The translations under genes were made by a program, and so were the position numbers. A stretch of 64,000 nucleotides of DNA, taken from positions 1 to 64,000 of the forward strand of contig CAXXFK010000019.1 of the NCBI GenBank assembly GCA_963663965.2, written 5' to 3'. Shown one piece after another: positions 22,119-31,846 of this stretch; position 1 is the first letter of the stretch; each line of letters starts with the position of its first letter. The stretch is from Sedimentisphaerales bacterium. GTDB taxonomy: Bacteria; Planctomycetota; Phycisphaerae; Sedimentisphaerales; SM23-30. The notes beneath the pieces are model-generated. The model saw only the letters and a program-made list of their open reading frames with translations. It was not told where the DNA came from and made no database searches.

Positions 22119-24659
22119 TCAATACTCACTCTCACCCTCATCCACCGCCTGATAACACCAGATGATAGCCCCCGGTTTCTCATCAATCGTCACCGGCACA
22201 CCTTTTTCCATGGCAGTTTGCCCGCTCAGCCGGACACATTGCCCGCTGTCCAGCTTCCTGAATTCATACATCCGCCCGGCTGTCAGCCCGCTCAGTACCA
22301 GCTCGCGTCCGGCCACCTCGCATTGCGGCCGCCGAAACGCCTGGATCATCCCGGCGTTTTCCTCACTCAGATGAAATTGCCAGCCAATCCAGTCCTGATC
22401 ACTTCGGCTGTAAGGCAATACCGGGTAATAATCCCCATAATAATACCGCTGGATCGCCCGCCATTGATCGGCCAGCTTCTTCAACAGACCATAATCCAGA
22501 TCCTCCCGCCGCATCTCGTAACCAAACACCACACCCATCGCCAGACCGCTCCCGATCGCGTAAGGATCGACCGATTCCATCGGCACTGTATTCGAACCGT
22601 AAAACGGAATCCACTGAAACAGACTGTGATGAAACGCCTGCTTGGCGGTCAGATCGCCATAGTTATAATCCGTCGGATGCAGCGGTACCGCCCGCCGCAT
22701 CGTTTCCAGATCGTTCCGCCGCCCGCCCGAAGCGCAACTGTCGATCAGCAATTGCGGATGCCGCCGCCGCAGTTCATCCCAATACCCCAGGTACCCCTGC
22801 ACGTGCAAATTCTCTGTGATTCCCTGCCGGTCCGGCCCGTCGTTCCCGCGCCAGTACCCCAGTGGACTCATATTAAAATCCTGCCGATAGAGATCGATTC
22901 CCTGGCTATTGATCTGACCGTCGATATGATTCACCAGCCAGTTCCAGGCCTCCCGGTTCCCCAGGTTCAACAGCGGACCCAGCCGCCATTCCGGATGATG
23001 CTGACTCAGCCAGCCGCCGCCTACGCGCTCTGGCTCAAACCACACCAGCGTCTTGATCCCTTGCTCCCGCGCGTGATCCGAAATCGCCCGCAGTCCGTTC
23101 GGAAACCGCGCCGGATCCGGCTCCCAGGTCCCCGTCCTGGGCCACTCACCCTCGCACGGATACCACCCCGCGTCCATCCACCAATAAGTTATCCCGATCT
23201 GTTTTTCGACGTAGCGGTCAATAAACTGCTTCTGGTTATCCTCATTGGCATGGATCATCTCATAAAAGATCCCCGAAGTATTCCCAAACAGGATCGGCTC
23301 GGGCAGTTTCCCATCCGCCGTCCGCGGCACATTATAATCCCACATCCACCGCCGCCACAGATTCTGGCCCTGCGAGGTCTCCTTGCCCCGCCAGAACAGC
23401 ATCGCGATCAACGGCGTGCGGATCTCTTCGCCCGGCCGCAACCGCAAATGGGTCATTTCCTGTCCCGCCATAATCCGCAGCTGCTTCTGCTCATCCATCT
23501 CAAACTGCGTGGCCCACTGGCCCGGCCAGCCCACCGCCAGCAGCAGCCCGCCCTCTTCCCATTGGATATGATAATACGGAAACGCGTGGTTCGTACCGCG
23601 TCCATCCGCCGGCGCGAATCGCCTCGTTTTTCCCGCTCCCAGCGTCTCCCCGATCGGTTCATAAAGATCCGGTGCGCAGGTATCGCCTTTCCACGCGTGC
23701 AGCCGCACCGCTTCCTGCCGGCCCGCTCCAAACGCGCAATCCAGCGCCTGGATATTTTTCAAAATGGCGGTATCTTGTTTCCCATCATTCTTAAAATAAA
23801 CCGTCCACTCAACCGCCGGATAATCCCCGTAATTCACCGCCTCCACGCGTATCTCCAGCCCGCCTCCCGGTTCCCGCCAGGTTCGGACCATCTTCGTCCG
23901 GTTGGCATCCAGCTGTTCCATTCGGCTCTCTTGTGGCCAGCTGCCCACAAGCTCATCCGACCGGCGCTCGCCATACACAAAGGCAATCGGCAGCCTGCTG
24001 CTCCGTGCGATCGGCGTAATCGCTCCTGCGTTCCGCCGGTCCCGTATCGGCATCTCACCCAGCCACACCTCCCGGCCATCCCGCATCACCACCCGGGCGT
24101 CCGCCCAGTCCGATTGATCCCAGCCGATCCCATCTCCGACATCACCAATCTCCAATACAAATTCACTGGCCCCATCCAACGCCACTTCAACCGGGCAGGG
24201 GGGGCTGTCCACTCGCATTATCTCCGAGGTAAACGCCGCCTCGCCATTCACCATCACCCGAAACACCACACTCCCGCGCCCGCGCAGCGTATCATCGTTC
24301 CGGTCCAGTCCGACCTCCGCCACAAACCGCTCGCCCGGTCCATCCAGCCGCACCGCCACCTTGCTCTGCGCGTGACAATACAGTCCCCGCTGATAGGTCC
24401 GGTCCCCGATATGCAATGGCGCATCCCCTCTGCGGTTGGCAATCACCGGATCATTATTCGCGTACACATCCAGCCCCGGCTCCCGATCCGAAGCCTCCGC
24501 CGCCCAGCCCGGCAAGTCACAAACCCCCGGCTCAAACCAATGCTCCCGCACCCACGCGTTCTTAATCGCCATCGCCTCAGAACCCGCTGGCACCGCCGCC
24601 AGAACCGGCGCTGTCATCATTCCCAATATCAGCCATAACCTACCCTGAATCGTTTTCAT
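22119..24659 (-). CDS. Alpha-galactosidase (GH36-like) with N-terminal NPCBM domain
   Basis: Signal peptide; NPCBM motif RGLYCHA..DQSDWADARV; WMDAGW, RFPNGL, WFEPE, RQDFN and DSCASGGRR. Confidence 0.9.
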   Translation of the reverse strand: MKTIQGRLWLILGMMTAPVLAAVPAGSEAMAIKNAWVREHWFEPGVCDLPGWAAEASDREPGLDVYANNDPVIANRRGDAPLHIGDRTYQRGLYCHAQSKVAVRLDGPGERFVAEVGLDRNDDTLRGRGSVVFRVMVNGEAAFTSEIMRVDSPPCPVEVALDGASEFVLEIGDVGDGIGWDQSDWADARVVMRDGREVWLGEMPIRDRRNAGAITPIARSSRLPIAFVYGERRSDELVGSWPQESRMEQLDANRTKMVRTWREPGGGLEIRVEAVNYGDYPAVEWTVYFKNDGKQDTAILKNIQALDCAFGAGRQEAVRLHAWKGDTCAPDLYEPIGETLGAGKTRRFAPADGRGTNHAFPYYHIQWEEGGLLLAVGWPGQWATQFEMDEQKQLRIMAGQEMTHLRLRPGEEIRTPLIAMLFWRGKETSQGQNLWRRWMWDYNVPRTADGKLPEPILFGNTSGIFYEMIHANEDNQKQFIDRYVEKQIGITYWWMDAGWYPCEGEWPRTGTWEPDPARFPNGLRAISDHAREQGIKTLVWFEPERVGGGWLSQHHPEWRLGPLLNLGNREAWNWLVNHIDGQINSQGIDLYRQDFNMSPLGYWRGNDGPDRQGITENLHVQGYLGYWDELRRRHPQLLIDSCASGGRRNDLETMRRAVPLHPTDYNYGDLTAKQAFHHSLFQWIPFYGSNTVPMESVDPYAIGSGLAMGVVFGYEMRREDLDYGLLKKLADQWRAIQRYYYGDYYPVLPYSRSDQDWIGWQFHLSEENAGMIQAFRRPQCEVAGRELVLSGLTAGRMYEFRKLDSGQCVRLSGQTAMEKGVPVTIDEKPGAIIWCYQAVDEGESEY

Positions 24660-24799
24660 AATCCATCAACCCCATTCAAGCAATTCATAACCAACGTTTT
24701 GATTACACTAATTCCCCCATTCCCAGGCCGTTTTTTTGCCTTTTTAACTTTTCGCCTTTTTGTCTTTTTTCCCTATTCGTGTCCATCCGTGGCTCAAAT

Positions 24800-25828
24800 T
24801 TAATACCCGCTCGACTTCGCCTCCAGTTCCAGCGTATCGAACTGGCCCGCCTGATATTTATACCACGCCAGCCCAGCCACCATTGCGGCATTATCCGTGC
24901 AGTATTTTTTCGCCGCCACAATCAGCCGCACGCCCGCCTTGTCACACGCCTTTTGCAGTTCCGTCCGCAGCAGCGTATTGGCCGCCACCCCGCCGCCCAG
25001 CAGCATCGTCCGATGCCCGGTCTGTCTCGCCGCCAGCATACACTTTTTCACCAGCACATCCACCACCGCCTTCTGAAAACTCGCCGCCACATCCGCGATC
25101 TCCTGCCCGCTCATCGTATCCACCCGGCTGGGCGCGGTCATATTCTGCCCGTTGCAGTGGTACAATACCGCCGTCTTAATCCCGCTGAACGAAAAATCCA
25201 GCGACTCTTTTCCCAGCATCGTCCGCGGAAAATGCACCGCCTTCGGATTCCCGTTCGCCGCCGCCTTTTCAATCGACGGCCCGCCCGGATAGGGCAGCTT
25301 CAAAATCATCGCCGCTTTGTCGAACGCCTCGCCCGCCGCGTCATCGATCGTCCGCCCGATCAGGTTCAGTTGCATCGGCCCCCGGCAATCGTAAATACTG
25401 GTATGACCGCCCGACACCACCAGCGCCACTGCCGGAAACACCTCCTGCGACTCCTCCAGCATCACCGATTGCAGATGCCCGTGGATATGGTTCACACCAA
25501 TGAGCGGCTTGCCCCACGCCCACGCCAGCGCCTTCGCCGCCGTCACCCCGATCACCAGCGCCGGCGTCAACCCCGGACAGTTCGCCACCGCCACCGCATT
25601 GATCTGCTCCGGCCCAACCTGCGCCTTCGCCATCGCCTCGCGCAGTACCGGAATAATATTTTCAATATGGGCCCGCGCCGCAATCTCCGGCACCACCCCG
25701 CCATAACGCTCATGCAGCTTCGCCTGCGACGCCACCACACTGGCCATCACCTCGGTCCCATTCGCCACCAGCGCCGCGCTCGTCTCGTCACAACTGCTTT
25801 CTATACCTAATATTATGCATTTATCCAT
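24800..25828 (-). CDS. tsaD: tRNA N6-threonylcarbamoyladenosine synthase TsaD
   Basis: LGIESSCDET, GGVVPEIAARAH, HIHGH, VSGGHT, DDAAGEAFDK and CTDNAAM. Confidence 0.98.
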   Translation of the reverse strand: MDKCIILGIESSCDETSAALVANGTEVMASVVASQAKLHERYGGVVPEIAARAHIENIIPVLREAMAKAQVGPEQINAVAVANCPGLTPALVIGVTAAKALAWAWGKPLIGVNHIHGHLQSVMLEESQEVFPAVALVVSGGHTSIYDCRGPMQLNLIGRTIDDAAGEAFDKAAMILKLPYPGGPSIEKAAANGNPKAVHFPRTMLGKESLDFSFSGIKTAVLYHCNGQNMTAPSRVDTMSGQEIADVAASFQKAVVDVLVKKCMLAARQTGHRTMLLGGGVAANTLLRTELQKACDKAGVRLIVAAKKYCTDNAAMVAGLAWYKYQAGQFDTLELEAKSSGY

Positions 25829-25834
25829 GCGAAG

Positions 25835-25863
25835 ATTATAACAAAACTCCCCGCATCCCGCAA
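25835..25863 (-). promoter_or_regulatory. Promoter placed for leaderless tsaD transcription
   Basis: TTGCGG-17 nt-TATAAT with extended TGn, only 6 nt before the ATG. Confidence 0.6.
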
Positions 25864-25894
25864 GCCCATCCCCCAATCAAATTTACCATCACAA

Positions 25895-25917
25895 GTGGCA
25901 CGGGCATCCTGCCCGTG
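25895..25917 (+). repeat. GTGG-type REP-like palindrome
   Basis: GTGG-CACGGGCA-tcc-TGCCCGTG. Confidence 0.7.
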
Positions 25918-25982
25918 ATTCTTAATTATTTCTCACTATGAATCTTATGACTACCCCATTAATTCAATAGCTTTCAACACGA

Positions 25983-27299
25983 CTAATACGTCCCATTTTC
26001 TCTCATATAAATCCCCCAGAGTATTCCGGTGCAAACCGCCAACTCTTCTTCCGGCGTCGACGCATCATCCAGCAGGGCCTGATAAGCCTTTACCTTATTA
26101 TTCAGGCCGTAATACATTGCCAGATTCCCCATAATATCCGTTCGTAATTCTGGGTGCTCTAACATGAAATCGCAATATTTCTGAGTCTGTTCGGTTTGAA
26201 GCCAGAGCGTAAATATCGATGGATAAAATCCCAGGTAGGAGCGTGCTGAATGATATGAAGATTCACGCATCTCTTCTTCAAGGTATATTTCAGCCTCCCG
26301 AGTTGTCCTGGTGGCGTTGCCAATTTCGCCCAGTTCGATTTGCAGCAGGGCGATAGACTTGAGTATTTGTATTTTATATGAAGGATTACGAATAGTAGTG
26401 TGTGAATGCATTTCCCGGGTCTGGGTCAATAACAACAGGGCGTTTCCCAGGGCATTGCGAGCATTCGTGCGCTCTTTCTCTTTCAGAAAATGACTGGTAA
26501 GTTTGATATAAATTTCAGCGCGATCGTATGAATCAAAACAGTTCGATTCAGACAGGATTTTATAGGCGTTGAGAATAAATGCGTTAAATGTTCCAAGGGT
26601 ATAGCTTTCCAGGTTTACGATAGTTAGAGGATTAAGTTTCAGTTCATCACGATGTTCAATTAAATAGGATTGAAAATCACCGGATCGATAAGCCTCCGAT
26701 AGCTTCAGCCAGTTCTCAGCCTCTCTCCGGCATTTCTGGTCAGTAATATAATCCAGAATCGACTGGATCGCGGTCATATTATCCGTACAGACCAAATACT
26801 TGGTAATCGCAAGAAAAGCGTCTGATCGATAAGGTTCCTCCAGCGTTGTTAAAATGCGTATTGCCCGTTGAGGATCGGCGGCATAAAGTTGCTCGGAACA
26901 GGAACTATACGAGTGGTCTCGGTCCGCTTTCGGTAACAATTCATCGATCAGGTTGATGCTTGATTCAACTTCTCCTTGCTGCAACAATCGATTCGTCAGT
27001 AGCGCAGTACAAAAGTATCGCCTGCTTCCTGTCTGCTCTTTAGTGATGGTTTTACTTTCATCAATAAAATCAAAATCCAGCAATAAAGAAAAGATCATCA
27101 TCCGTTCATAACGTTGTCGATTAGGATCCTCAATTTGATCCACCGCTTTTTCAGCCCGCTTAATCAGCCGAAAAATTGCCTCCCGATCAACGGCTTGCGC
27201 ACCATCCGGCGGCAACAAATCATCCGCCCATAGCGGCATTAAACTGGGTATTATCCCCAGAATCAAAATGGACCGGATCACTTTAACCGGAAACATCAC
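25983..27299 (-). CDS. Hypothetical secreted helical-repeat (TPR-like) protein
   Basis: 438 aa, N-terminal signal-like segment, amphipathic helical repeats; more AT-rich than its neighbours. Confidence 0.7.
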   Translation of the reverse strand: MMFPVKVIRSILILGIIPSLMPLWADDLLPPDGAQAVDREAIFRLIKRAEKAVDQIEDPNRQRYERMMIFSLLLDFDFIDESKTITKEQTGSRRYFCTALLTNRLLQQGEVESSINLIDELLPKADRDHSYSSCSEQLYAADPQRAIRILTTLEEPYRSDAFLAITKYLVCTDNMTAIQSILDYITDQKCRREAENWLKLSEAYRSGDFQSYLIEHRDELKLNPLTIVNLESYTLGTFNAFILNAYKILSESNCFDSYDRAEIYIKLTSHFLKEKERTNARNALGNALLLLTQTREMHSHTTIRNPSYKIQILKSIALLQIELGEIGNATRTTREAEIYLEEEMRESSYHSARSYLGFYPSIFTLWLQTEQTQKYCDFMLEHPELRTDIMGNLAMYYGLNNKVKAYQALLDDASTPEEELAVCTGILWGIYMRENGTY

Positions 27300-27429
27300 A
27301 ATTTATCCTCATATCGAATTGATGGTCTGCATGATACCCTTTGATAGTCTGATCATCATTACTTAGATTACATGTTTTAACGCATAATTCTTTAAAATGA
27401 ATGACATATTTTTGCACCCTTTTATTCAA

Positions 27430-27746
27430 GCCTCCGGCTCTCATTCGCGTCTATTCGTATCCTCTGTGGTATGCCTGTTTTATATTTACGCAAAGCAAAA
27501 TCCAAGTTGGTATAAATTACACTACTCATGAACGCAGCAAATCCTGATTTAAATTCACCCCTCATCTCAATCCATCTTGAACTGTTATTTACCTGCATCT
27601 ATCTCTGCCTTTTATCTGTGTCTATCTGCGTCCATCTGCGGTTCAAACGGCTGTTATATTTTATATGAATTCCCATTAAATCCTGTATATCCCGTGATCC
27701 TGTCTAAATGGCTGTTAATCTTCGTGCCTTGGCGGCTTCGTGTGAG
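27430..27746. repeat. Cluster of short degenerate 8-10 nt tandem repeats
   Basis: atctgtgtct-atctgcgtcc-atctgcggtt; attcgcgtct-attcgtatcc; aatcctgtat-atcccgtg-atcctgtc; cttcgtgc-cttggcgg-cttcgtgt. Confidence 0.7.
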
Positions 27747-27754
27747 CTGATTTC

Positions 27755-30529
27755 TTACGGGTTTCCAGCCAGGCCGCCCTGTTCAAACATCCCCGGATTA
27801 TCCGTAATCGCCGCCAGATCGATATAAACTGAATCCTGCGGCCCGAGTTTCAATACATGATCTCCCGCGCTCAGATCAAACGCCTCCAGACAGATCAGCG
27901 ACATATCCCGGTTATGGGCTGTCAATGACCAGCCCCATTCCGCCGAAGTCCGCACTTTTGCCCGGTCAAATGTCCCCTGGTCGATCCCGAAATACAGCGA
28001 TTTATTCGAGCCCGCATTATTGGCTGATTTCACCCGGAGCACAACAAAATACTTGCCACCTTTCGGAACCGTAAACGGAAATTCAACCGTTTTACCCCGG
28101 TCAGACCCCGCCAGCAGCAGGCACTTCTTTCCCGATGCCCCGGTATCGCCAACCACCTGGTAAGGATTGTTCCCTCCAGGTTGTTCCGCCTCACAATAAA
28201 CCACCCAACCATCCTCGCCGCCCGGTTTAATTTCCGGCGCCACTTTTTTCCGGGCATAAACCATTACCGGCCGCGAATACCCATTCTCCAGCCGGATCAG
28301 AAATGCCCCCCGGTAAATCGGCTCATTGCCCATTTTATCAGCCGTCAGTTTGACCTTGAACGTTGTTTGCTGCCCCGACCCCAAAACGCCCGATTGCGGC
28401 GTCACCGTAAACCAGTCAAACGCCTCATTCTGGGCGATCCGGAATCCACCCGAAAATCCCTCCGACTCGACACTGGCCGTCACCATCTGCGTCAATCCTG
28501 ATTCAACATCCGCCTCCGAAAACCGGATCTGGTAACGATCCAGCCCCACCGGAATCGGGCGCACCGGCAGAATCAGCTTTGAACCAATCGGCATCGCTCC
28601 CATATCAGGCTGCCCCTTGCCCGCAGGCATAAAATTATCGAGCACAGTACCCTGACCCACACCTGAAGAGGACTGGCTAAGCGCCCAGAGCCCCGCGTCC
28701 GCGTCAACAAAATCCGGACTGCCGAGTATCCCGTGAGCCTCATCCTCCGGCTGCCCGACGGAGAACAGGTTATAATCGCATTCCGATTTCGGGCTTTTTG
28801 CCCGGCCGTTAATCACACCCTGCCCGCCAAAAATATTGTTCTTTGCCACAATCCGCAGAAAAGGCAGCAGGTTCAGATTCGTCGCCCGGCCATCACAGGT
28901 ATTATTAAAAATAAACGACACCGCGCTGGGTCCACTCTCGTTGGAAGAGGTCTTGATCGTCTGCCCGGCCAGTCCCGTTTCATCCCCCATATTCACCAGC
29001 AGATTGCGAAACAGGTACGATGGCCCCGACATACACCCCTGAATACTCACCCCGCACAGGCAACCCTCGAATTTATTATCGAACACCCTGACATTGGTTT
29101 GGCCGCCGTCGATCTCCAGCGCGTCGTCATTGGCAAAACACATCATATTACCATAAATATCGCCATCCCGGTCAAAACCGCCATCCACATGAAAATTCCC
29201 CGATCCCTCCACCGCGTCATTCCAGCGGTGCCGGTCGCTGCCGATAAAGTCATTATACCGCAACACCGTCGACCGCGATTTATCCATACCGATCGCCTCC
29301 GGCCCGGCCGGATGCGAATAATACCACGAGTTGGCCTTATTCACCGGATCGTGGATATAACACCGTTCGATCACCGTCCCGACACTGCGACTGACCAGGA
29401 TCGCGCAATCCCAGTTAATCGCCCGGCCCGATTCGGTATAATATTTGCCATCCAGATCGAACCGCTGGGTTCCCACCCGGCCCCAACCGGCGATATCGCA
29501 ATTCACCACCCGGACATTCCGGCAATTCCGGATCCGGATCACCTCCTGCAATCCACCCCGCAGTGTCAGCCCCTCGATGATCACATACTCAACCTTGTAT
29601 AAATCGATCATCGGCCCGGTCCGGTCATTTTTCAATACCATATCTTTCGGGCTGGTAATCCGGATCCACCCCTGTTCTGTCCCGGACTCCCGCACCTCCA
29701 GGTTCCCCTTAAAGCTCGCCTCATCCAGCATAATCGTTTTCCCTACCGATACCTCACTGCGCCAGGTTCGAAACCGCTGCTGAGCCAGAACCTGCCCATC
29801 AGATGAACTGATTTTCAATTCATAATCGGTGTCCTCTTCCAGATCGACAATACTGCCGCGATACATCTCATCAACATAAACATAAACCGGCGCGTAAGCC
29901 ATTAACCACGCGCCATCGGGCTTGCGATAACTCACCGTCAAACCATCCCGCTCCGGACTGGTAAAATAATAAGAACACGTATTAAAATGCGCCACCACCT
30001 CAAACGGCGCGACATCCAGACTGGTATTTTTCCCGACAACCTGTTCGTCGACCCGCTTTTGCTGCTCCTGCGTCAGTTCTTCAGTAAAGGCGACAGACTG
30101 GTATGTAATCTCCTCCTCAGCGCCAATGGCGTAAAGACACACCTCGATCTCATTTTTACCCTTCCAGCCGAACCGCTTCTGCATATTCACCACATACTCA
30201 CCCGCTCGGCCAATCTGAAGCGCCACCTGTTTATCATAGGGCTCCTTGCGAATCAGCTTGACCGTTCCCTGGCCGGATAACGCAGCAACCCTGACAACCA
30301 AATTGGGCGTCTGATCGACATCAACCATAAATTTCTTACTCACCGTAACCCAGTCCGGCGCTTCGGCCCCGTCTTTCAGCGTCAGTTTCCCTTTAGCCGC
30401 CGAAATCGTCCCCGGTGTCGATGAAAACCGGCTCCAGCCACCCTCCGAAAAATCATCAATAATCCGCGCGTGACAGGCAACGGCGAACGCGTTCAACAAT
30501 ATCAAAGTTGTCACACAGCGATAGTTCAT
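27755..30529 (-). CDS. Secreted right-handed beta-helix (polysaccharide lyase-like) protein with accessory Ig-like/CBM-like domains
   Basis: Signal peptide; beta-helix repeats (VRVVNCDI, NDDALEIDGG..NVRVFDN, YLFRNL); PDMGA; C-terminal EAE CBM-like module. GGAG RBS before ATG 30529. Confidence 0.75.
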   Translation of the reverse strand: MNYRCVTTLILLNAFAVACHARIIDDFSEGGWSRFSSTPGTISAAKGKLTLKDGAEAPDWVTVSKKFMVDVDQTPNLVVRVAALSGQGTVKLIRKEPYDKQVALQIGRAGEYVVNMQKRFGWKGKNEIEVCLYAIGAEEEITYQSVAFTEELTQEQQKRVDEQVVGKNTSLDVAPFEVVAHFNTCSYYFTSPERDGLTVSYRKPDGAWLMAYAPVYVYVDEMYRGSIVDLEEDTDYELKISSSDGQVLAQQRFRTWRSEVSVGKTIMLDEASFKGNLEVRESGTEQGWIRITSPKDMVLKNDRTGPMIDLYKVEYVIIEGLTLRGGLQEVIRIRNCRNVRVVNCDIAGWGRVGTQRFDLDGKYYTESGRAINWDCAILVSRSVGTVIERCYIHDPVNKANSWYYSHPAGPEAIGMDKSRSTVLRYNDFIGSDRHRWNDAVEGSGNFHVDGGFDRDGDIYGNMMCFANDDALEIDGGQTNVRVFDNKFEGCLCGVSIQGCMSGPSYLFRNLLVNMGDETGLAGQTIKTSSNESGPSAVSFIFNNTCDGRATNLNLLPFLRIVAKNNIFGGQGVINGRAKSPKSECDYNLFSVGQPEDEAHGILGSPDFVDADAGLWALSQSSSGVGQGTVLDNFMPAGKGQPDMGAMPIGSKLILPVRPIPVGLDRYQIRFSEADVESGLTQMVTASVESEGFSGGFRIAQNEAFDWFTVTPQSGVLGSGQQTTFKVKLTADKMGNEPIYRGAFLIRLENGYSRPVMVYARKKVAPEIKPGGEDGWVVYCEAEQPGGNNPYQVVGDTGASGKKCLLLAGSDRGKTVEFPFTVPKGGKYFVVLRVKSANNAGSNKSLYFGIDQGTFDRAKVRTSAEWGWSLTAHNRDMSLICLEAFDLSAGDHVLKLGPQDSVYIDLAAITDNPGMFEQGGLAGNP

Positions 30530-30568
30530 ACGATTATCTCCCAATGGATTGGCGTCGGCGGTTCAATA

Positions 30569-31846
30569 TTACGATTCAGCGCGTTTCAGCAGCATAAAAC
30601 CCATCGTGAAAAATAACAACCCAACCGCGACCAGAATGCCGCAGGGCAACAGTAACTCAAAAAAGGTCAAATCTCGCCAGATCCCGCTTTCCAGGGCATA
30701 TATCGCCCATTTAACGATGCTGCAGTTGCTGACCGATTGCATCCAGGCCGGCATGAAGAGTAACGGCATCATCCCGCCGCCCAGCATCGCCATGACCATA
30801 ATAATGGCCCATGCCGCGCCACTGACTGCCTGCTCTGTTTTGCACAGGGTCGATGCGAATGTCATAATCCCCACGAAAGAAAATATCGTACACAGCGCGG
30901 CGATGGCCAGAAACAGGAAATGATTCACCGGCATTTTGAAAATCAGCATGGCCAGTATCACCAGCAATACCAGAACCGCGATACAGGCAACGCAGCAGGC
31001 CAACCCTTTCCCCAGCAGAATCTGGACCCGGTTTACCGGGCCGACTCTCAGTCGTTGATAGGTCCCTTTCTCTCTTTCCTTAACGATAGAGATCGCGAAG
31101 GTCAACGTGCAGGTCAGAATGGCCCAGATCATCGCCTGCGGGCAGGTGATCTGAAACGCCGTTGCCGGAAAATTCTTGTCCGCTTGACGCTCAACTTCGG
31201 TCGTGTCGACGTTAAACATTTTATCGCTGAAGCCGGTATCTAAACCCAGCTCATCCGATTGGGAGACAAAACGCTCCAGGGCGCCCATAAATGTTTTCAA
31301 CGTCAGCGCCTGGGCAGGATTGATATCGGGATTCTGGTCGATTTCCTGTTGCCAGTCGACGATCCTGCCCTTAAGTGTGTCGGGATCGTTAAATTGCTGA
31401 AAAACCATCTGGATCCTGGTTTTTGCCAGAATGCCCTCCAGATATCCCGCCTGCATTTTCTGGGATGGATCCACCGCGACTTCGATACCGGACTCCGCGG
31501 TCGGGTCCATATTGCTCAAATTAGCGCCAAATCCCGATTGGATTATTACCGCGGCCCCGATCTTGCCCGTCCGGACTTTATCCATCGCTTCGTCGCGTGT
31601 TAAATTTTCTATCTTTAGGTTATCTTCACCGGCCAGTTTATCGATAAATAGTTTGGCGTTGTCCGATCCATCTTCATCGACCAACGCGACCTTCATCCCG
31701 GACGGACCCTCTCCGCTCACCCCGGAAAATATGGCGCCAAACAAAAGGGCATACACAACCGGAAACCCCACGATCCAGAACAAAGAGGCCTTGTCTTTCA
31801 GCAGGATATTAAGATCCTTGACTGCAATGGCGAGCGCTTTTCTCAT
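30569..31846 (-). CDS. ABC-2 type exporter permease
   Basis: AIAVKDL, N-terminal TM, large periplasmic loop, IVKEREKGTYQRL and LGGGMMP. Confidence 0.93.
   Translation of the reverse strand: MRKALAIAVKDLNILLKDKASLFWIVGFPVVYALLFGAIFSGVSGEGPSGMKVALVDEDGSDNAKLFIDKLAGEDNLKIENLTRDEAMDKVRTGKIGAAVIIQSGFGANLSNMDPTAESGIEVAVDPSQKMQAGYLEGILAKTRIQMVFQQFNDPDTLKGRIVDWQQEIDQNPDINPAQALTLKTFMGALERFVSQSDELGLDTGFSDKMFNVDTTEVERQADKNFPATAFQITCPQAMIWAILTCTLTFAISIVKEREKGTYQRLRVGPVNRVQILLGKGLACCVACIAVLVLLVILAMLIFKMPVNHFLFLAIAALCTIFSFVGIMTFASTLCKTEQAVSGAAWAIIMVMAMLGGGMMPLLFMPAWMQSVSNCSIVKWAIYALESGIWRDLTFFELLLPCGILVAVGLLFFTMGFMLLKRAES

Noticed and set aside
22113..24638. 841 aa plus-strand ORF
   Set aside because: Almost exactly antisense to the GH36 gene; Pro/Arg/His-rich with no motifs. 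A shadow of biased codon usage.
24779..25810. 343 aa plus-strand ORF, and similar long antisense ORFs at 11668, 19504, 28733, 39532 and 44044
   Set aside because: All lie opposite well-supported genes and lack recognisable motifs.
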